Below, piece after piece: positions 41,372-45,677 of a stretch of 45,677 nucleotides of DNA. A program made the position numbers and the translations under genes. Numbering within the stretch: the stretch's first letter is position 1; each line of letters starts with the position of its first letter. The notes beneath the pieces are model-generated. The model made no database searches. It worked only from the letters and a program-made list of their open reading frames with translations, and was not told where the DNA came from. Origin of the DNA: an uncultured Clostridiaceae bacterium (GTDB lineage Bacteria > Bacillota > Clostridia > Oscillospirales > Ruminococcaceae); contig CAMKFY010000001.1 in the NCBI GenBank assembly GCA_946411985.1, positions 1 to 45,677 on the forward strand. Reading direction: 5' to 3'.

Positions 41372-42706
41372 TTATTTTAAAATTTCAAAAACCAAACATA
41401 AATGCAAACTTTCCTCATTTGGCAAAACTCTAACATCTGCACCAAAACCATAAACCCAAAATGGGCCAGCGTCATCTGCAAGAATAATAGTGCTATCTCT
41501 ATTTTTTTTTGATAAACGCTTTTCTTGCATTAAACATTTTAAAGTTTTAGTTGGCCTGTTTAAAAGTTTTATCTTATCTTTTTCGCTTCTACCTCTAATA
41601 TATACATCTCCTGATATTTTATCACAATCAAATTTAAAAAGAAATAAATAATCTACACTATTCAAAAAATGCGTATATTTTTTAGCATTACATCTTATAA
41701 AATATAATTTTTTATAGAAAAATTCAATAGTTTTTGGCAATAAAATTTTAAACTGCTTAAAACAACTATAATGTTCAATATATAATATACCCCTTCTTAT
41801 TGTTGCAAACATATTTTTTGGCAAACTTTGCCTGCCAACCCCTAAACTGCAAATATTAAGCAACTGATTTAACATATTACTAGTTGGGCTTAACATATGC
41901 ATTCTTAAAAACTTTGCTAGCAACCTAACCTTTATGCTTACATGCAAATTTTTAATATATTTTAAATTTAAGCCACCATACAGCATAGATTTCTCTAAAC
42001 TTCTATCTGCCACACAATCTAAAAACTCTTCGTCTTCCTTTATAGCGTTCACAGTGTTTAAAAGCTTATGCTCAAAATTTGAACTAATGCCCACAAGCGC
42101 AGGAATAACATTAAGCCGCACCCTATTTCTTAAATATATATCTTCAAAATTAGTAGAATCATTAACAAAATCTATATTATTTATTTTGCAATAACATTCA
42201 ATATCTTTTCTTGTAAAATTTAAAAGCGGCCGAACTACTCTACCGCGCTTAACTGGTATGCCTGTAAGCCCTTTTAAACCACAACCACGCATTATATTAA
42301 TAAAAAACGTTTCCACCAAATCTGATAATGTGTGCGCTGTGGCCACTCTGCCACCAACACTATAAAAAAAACTATACCTGCTATTTCTGCCGCACTCTTC
42401 CACAGAAATATTAAATTTTTTTGATAGAGTTTTAACATCTACATATTTGCAAACAAAACATATGTTATGCTTTAAGCAATAACCTCTAACAAAATTTTCA
42501 TCTCGTTTGCTTTCCTGCCCACGCAAACCGTGGTTTAAATGCGCCGCTACTATATTTAAATTTTTACCAGAACTTTTAAGGCAATGCAGCAATGCCATAG
42601 AGTCTGCCCCGCCAGACACACCAACCACCACCTGCTCGCCTATTTCAAAAAAAGAACTAACCGTTTCCACCATACATTTTACGTTATTCATTGTGATATT
42701 TATCAA
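41372..42706 (-). CDS. tilS: tRNA(Ile)-lysidine synthase
   Basis: PP-loop VGVSGGADSMALL. 444 aa. Upstream of ftsH, as in many Firmicutes. The start may be an internal Met (overlaps the dnaB 3' end). Confidence 0.85.
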   Translation of the reverse strand: MINITMNNVKCMVETVSSFFEIGEQVVVGVSGGADSMALLHCLKSSGKNLNIVAAHLNHGLRGQESKRDENFVRGYCLKHNICFVCKYVDVKTLSKKFNISVEECGRNSRYSFFYSVGGRVATAHTLSDLVETFFINIMRGCGLKGLTGIPVKRGRVVRPLLNFTRKDIECYCKINNIDFVNDSTNFEDIYLRNRVRLNVIPALVGISSNFEHKLLNTVNAIKEDEEFLDCVADRSLEKSMLYGGLNLKYIKNLHVSIKVRLLAKFLRMHMLSPTSNMLNQLLNICSLGVGRQSLPKNMFATIRRGILYIEHYSCFKQFKILLPKTIEFFYKKLYFIRCNAKKYTHFLNSVDYLFLFKFDCDKISGDVYIRGRSEKDKIKLLNRPTKTLKCLMQEKRLSKKNRDSTIILADDAGPFWVYGFGADVRVLPNEESLHLCLVFEILK

Positions 42707-44018
42707 GCCCTATAAATTTTGTGAACTTGCCTTCCCAACCTAACTCAAACGTGCCAGTTTCGCCATGCCTATTTTTAGCCACTATACACTCAGCCACGCC
42801 AGGCTTTGCTTTTTCTGGGTTATAATATTCATCTCTATATAAAAACATTACAACATCCGCATCTTGCTCTATAGAACCAGACTCTCTAAGGTCTGAAAGC
42901 ACCGGCCTATGATCTTGCCTTGTTTCTGGGCCTCTTGCAAGTTGCGATATGGCTATAATAGGCACATCTAACTCTTTAGCCATTATTTTTAACATTCTAG
43001 TTATTTCAGACACCTCCTGCACCCTATTTCTATCGCGTTTACCTATGCTACTCATAAGCTGCAGATAGTCTATAACTACAAGCCCTATATCTGTTAACCT
43101 GCGCAACTTCGCTTTCATTTCAGGAACGGTAATATCTGAGCTGTCATCAAAAAATATGGCACACTCAGAAAGCCTATGGGCACCCTCCACTAAAAGAGCC
43201 CATTCTTCACCTTTAATATTACCAGAATGAATAGTGTTAGACATTATAGAACACTCAAATGAAAGCATGCGCTCTACAAGCTGCTGCACAGACATTTCTA
43301 GTGAAAATATAACAACCTGCTTCTTACTCTGCTTTGCCACCCTAACAGCTATATTTAACAAAAAACTCGTTTTGCCCATAGCAGGCCGCGCTGCTAATAT
43401 AATAAGATCCGAAGGGTTTAGCCTATTTAAAATGGCGTCTAACTCCAAGTAACCAGAAGAAACCCCAACCTTCAACCTTCCCGTAGCAAGCTTATCTAAA
43501 TGCTCAAACTCTTCTGCTATTACTTCATCTATTGCTAAAAGCCTGCCACTTTTTTTATTCTGGCGTATATTAAAAATTTGTTGTTCCGCCAAATCTAAAA
43601 TATCTTGCACGTCTGAATCTGAAGAAATTGCCAAATCCATTATATTTCTGGCTGCCAATATTAAGCTTCTAACATAATACTTATCTTTTACTATTTTACA
43701 ATAACTAGCAATATTAGAAATAGACGGAACAACATCCATAAGCTCATTTAAATATATTTTAGCCTCTTCCCTGGTGTTAAAAACATTTTGCAACAATGAA
43801 GCATTTAAAACTGTTACAAAATCTATAGGTTCACCTGTTGTGAAAAGCCCCACAAGCACTGAAAACAGCTTCTTGTGCAAATCTTTGTAAAAGCAATCTT
43901 CATCTAGCAAAGACAACGCTTTAGGTATCTGTGACGGGCTTAAAATAAGCACGCCCAAAACGCTTTGTTCCGCTTCCATAGAAAAGGGAAGCTCCTCAAA
44001 CTCAAACCTATCCTGCAT
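42684..44018 (-). CDS. dnaB: Replicative DNA helicase (DnaB family)
   Basis: N-terminal PFSMEAEQSVLG, Walker A ARPAMGKTSF, Walker B VVIDYLQLM, and ISQLAR. Confidence 0.95.
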   Translation of the reverse strand: MQDRFEFEELPFSMEAEQSVLGVLILSPSQIPKALSLLDEDCFYKDLHKKLFSVLVGLFTTGEPIDFVTVLNASLLQNVFNTREEAKIYLNELMDVVPSISNIASYCKIVKDKYYVRSLILAARNIMDLAISSDSDVQDILDLAEQQIFNIRQNKKSGRLLAIDEVIAEEFEHLDKLATGRLKVGVSSGYLELDAILNRLNPSDLIILAARPAMGKTSFLLNIAVRVAKQSKKQVVIFSLEMSVQQLVERMLSFECSIMSNTIHSGNIKGEEWALLVEGAHRLSECAIFFDDSSDITVPEMKAKLRRLTDIGLVVIDYLQLMSSIGKRDRNRVQEVSEITRMLKIMAKELDVPIIAISQLARGPETRQDHRPVLSDLRESGSIEQDADVVMFLYRDEYYNPEKAKPGVAECIVAKNRHGETGTFELGWEGKFTKFIGLDKYHNE

Positions 44019-44179
44019 TTTAACACCCTTACTTGCCTTAAAACAAAGACGAGTATCAGGCGCAAAATGCTAGGCATTCGCAAGAGGCTCAAAATAATAT
44101 ACTTAACCACTTCCCCAGACTTCGCCTAAAAGGCAACTCTTCAAAATTTAAAAAATTAAAAACTAATTTCAAACTTTAG

Positions 44180-44623
44180 CTAACACTCCTCAACAAAAAC
44201 TTTAACCGTGCAAACCACGCCAGGCGCTAATTTTAACTTAACAAAAAACTGACCAAAACTTTTTATTTCACTTGTTTCTATTTTGCGTTTATCTACCTTA
44301 ACATTATAATCTTTTTCTATAACCTCCGAAATTTCTTTTGAAGTAACCGCTCCAAAAAGCTTGCCGTTAGCCCCAGCTTTAGTTTTAATATTAACTACCT
44401 TGCCTTCTAAAAAGCTTGCTAACTCCTTTGCTTTTAAAAGCTCCTGCTCTTTGTGGTATGAATATGCCTCATCTTGAGACTTTTTCTGCGATAAAACCTC
44501 TTGTGTGGCTCTAACAGCCAATTTCTTAGGAATTAAAAAATTAACAGCATACCCATCACTAACCTTTATAATATCTCCTTTTTTGCCTTTTCCTTTAATA
44601 TCTTCCAATAAATAAACTTCCAT
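44180..44623 (-). CDS. rplI: 50S ribosomal protein L9
   Basis: [39 protein letters not shown] 44623 lies 6 nt after AAGGAG. Confidence 0.95.
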   Translation of the reverse strand: MEVYLLEDIKGKGKKGDIIKVSDGYAVNFLIPKKLAVRATQEVLSQKKSQDEAYSYHKEQELLKAKELASFLEGKVVNIKTKAGANGKLFGAVTSKEISEVIEKDYNVKVDKRKIETSEIKSFGQFFVKLKLAPGVVCTVKVFVEEC

Positions 44624-44728
44624 ACCCAACTCCTTATTTATTATAATAATAAAATTAAATATAATTATACACCAAAATTTAACCTATTTAAACTTATTAT
44701 TAACAAAATATTTATAAAATTATATTTT

Positions 44729-45677
44729 TTAATCTAGCCACCTATCAATAGCCTCCAACAGCATATGCTTAACCTGATCTATATTAACATTTTTAATTTG
44801 GCAAGCAGCCTGAAGCTGGTGCCCCCCTCCGCCTAAATATTCCATTATAACCTGCACGTTTAACTTTCCTAAAGATCGCGCCGTTATATTAACAACATCG
44901 TCTAATTTATATATAACAAAAGAAGCTTCAATGCCTGTTATTTCTAAAAGCTCGTCCGCAGCTTGAGGCGATATAAGGCGTGCATCTGGCGTGCTTAACT
45001 CATTAACAGCGATGGCGCAGTGCCTATATATCTGTGCGCCCACAACTATTTTAGTGCGCTTTTGGTATGCTGTTATACTATTAGAAAAAAATTTCCTAAC
45101 GTTAACAGTATCTGCGCCAAGCCTTTTTAAATATGCTGCTGCTTCAAATGTGCGCACGCCAACCTTCACAGTGAAATTTTTAGTATCAAGCATTATTCCA
45201 GCAAGCAAGCCCTCTGCTTCTATTGGTTTTAATTTATAGCCATCTCCAAAATATTGTATTAACTCGCAAACAAGCTCAGACGTGGAAGAAGCGTATGGCT
45301 CATGATAAAAAATTACAGCGTCATTTATAGCGTCTACCATCTTCCTGTGGTGATCTATAACAACAACATTTTTACAATTTTCGTATAACTCATAACATTC
45401 CAAAAATTTTGGGTTATGCGTATCTACAACAATTAAAAGAGTGTTAAAATGCAGCATTCCAAGCGCCATATTCTCGTCTATTATTATGTTATAAAGGCCA
45501 TACTGTTTCACCTTATCTAAAAACATTCCAGCCAAATTTTTAACACTATCCACCAACACAAAACTATCTTTGCCCATTTTTCTTATTGCACTTGCAAGCC
45601 CAATAGCAGACCCAACACTGTCTAAATCTGCAAACTTATGCCCCATTAATATAACATTTTTAGAATTTTCTATAAGC
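44729..45677 (-). CDS. gdpP: DHH/DHHA1 phosphoesterase, GdpP-like c-di-AMP phosphodiesterase (N-terminal part outside window)
   Basis: The frame is open to the window edge (LIENSKNVILMGHKFADLDSVGSAIG is DHH motif I). DTHN, and GGGHQLQAAC (DHHA1 GGGH). Conserved gdpP-rplI-dnaB synteny. Confidence 0.75.
   Translation of the reverse strand, partial: LIENSKNVILMGHKFADLDSVGSAIGLASAIRKMGKDSFVLVDSVKNLAGMFLDKVKQYGLYNIIIDENMALGMLHFNTLLIVVDTHNPKFLECYELYENCKNVVVIDHHRKMVDAINDAVIFYHEPYASSTSELVCELIQYFGDGYKLKPIEAEGLLAGIMLDTKNFTVKVGVRTFEAAAYLKRLGADTVNVRKFFSNSITAYQKRTKIVVGAQIYRHCAIAVNELSTPDARLISPQAADELLEITGIEASFVIYKLDDVVNITARSLGKLNVQVIMEYLGGGGHQLQAACQIKNVNIDQVKHMLLEAIDRWLD

Noticed and set aside
44100-44140. 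tRNA-like string GGGGAAGTGGTTAAGT (minus strand) in the rplI-dnaB spacer
   Set aside because: I could not build a cloverleaf. There is no T-loop GTTCRA motif and no matching acceptor stem.

Overview
This is an AT-rich window that looks like core chromosome of an endospore-forming, low-GC Firmicute (Clostridia-like). The indicators are spoIIR, an HrcA/CIRCE-controlled dnaK operon and gdpP-rplI-dnaB synteny. Gene order: a PucR-type regulator fragment, ftsEX plus a coiled-coil M23 peptidase, nnr, a frameshifted orphan gene with an AlbA_2/Schlafen-like domain, hrcA-grpE-dnaK-dnaJ (minus strand), a DUF1015 / ABC ATPase / ABC-2 permease / GldG-like / DUF4340 cluster, ispE, spoIIR, prfB, a pur operon (purE-C-F-M-N, a PurO-like gene, AICARFT-only purH, purD), htrA, a nine-gene V-type ATPase operon, then ftsH, tilS, dnaB, rplI and gdpP (partial). 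I found no rRNA, tRNA, CRISPR array, transposase, integrase or recognisable complete defence system. Five signals are not explained by ordinary annotation. (1) The ntpA/ntpB junction is present as three diverged tandem copies (~144 nt each), creating two mini-ORFs that keep translational-coupling geometry. (2) A 323/325-nt tandem duplication at the purC start leaves a 44-codon purC fragment. (3) The only accessory-looking locus, the AlbA_2-like gene with an unrecognised C-terminal half, is broken at one or possibly two homopolymer runs. (4) Two promoter-plus-CIRCE modules lie upstream of hrcA. (5) The rplI-dnaB spacer is GC-enriched and can fold. All family assignments come from motif recognition by eye. 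No database search was run.
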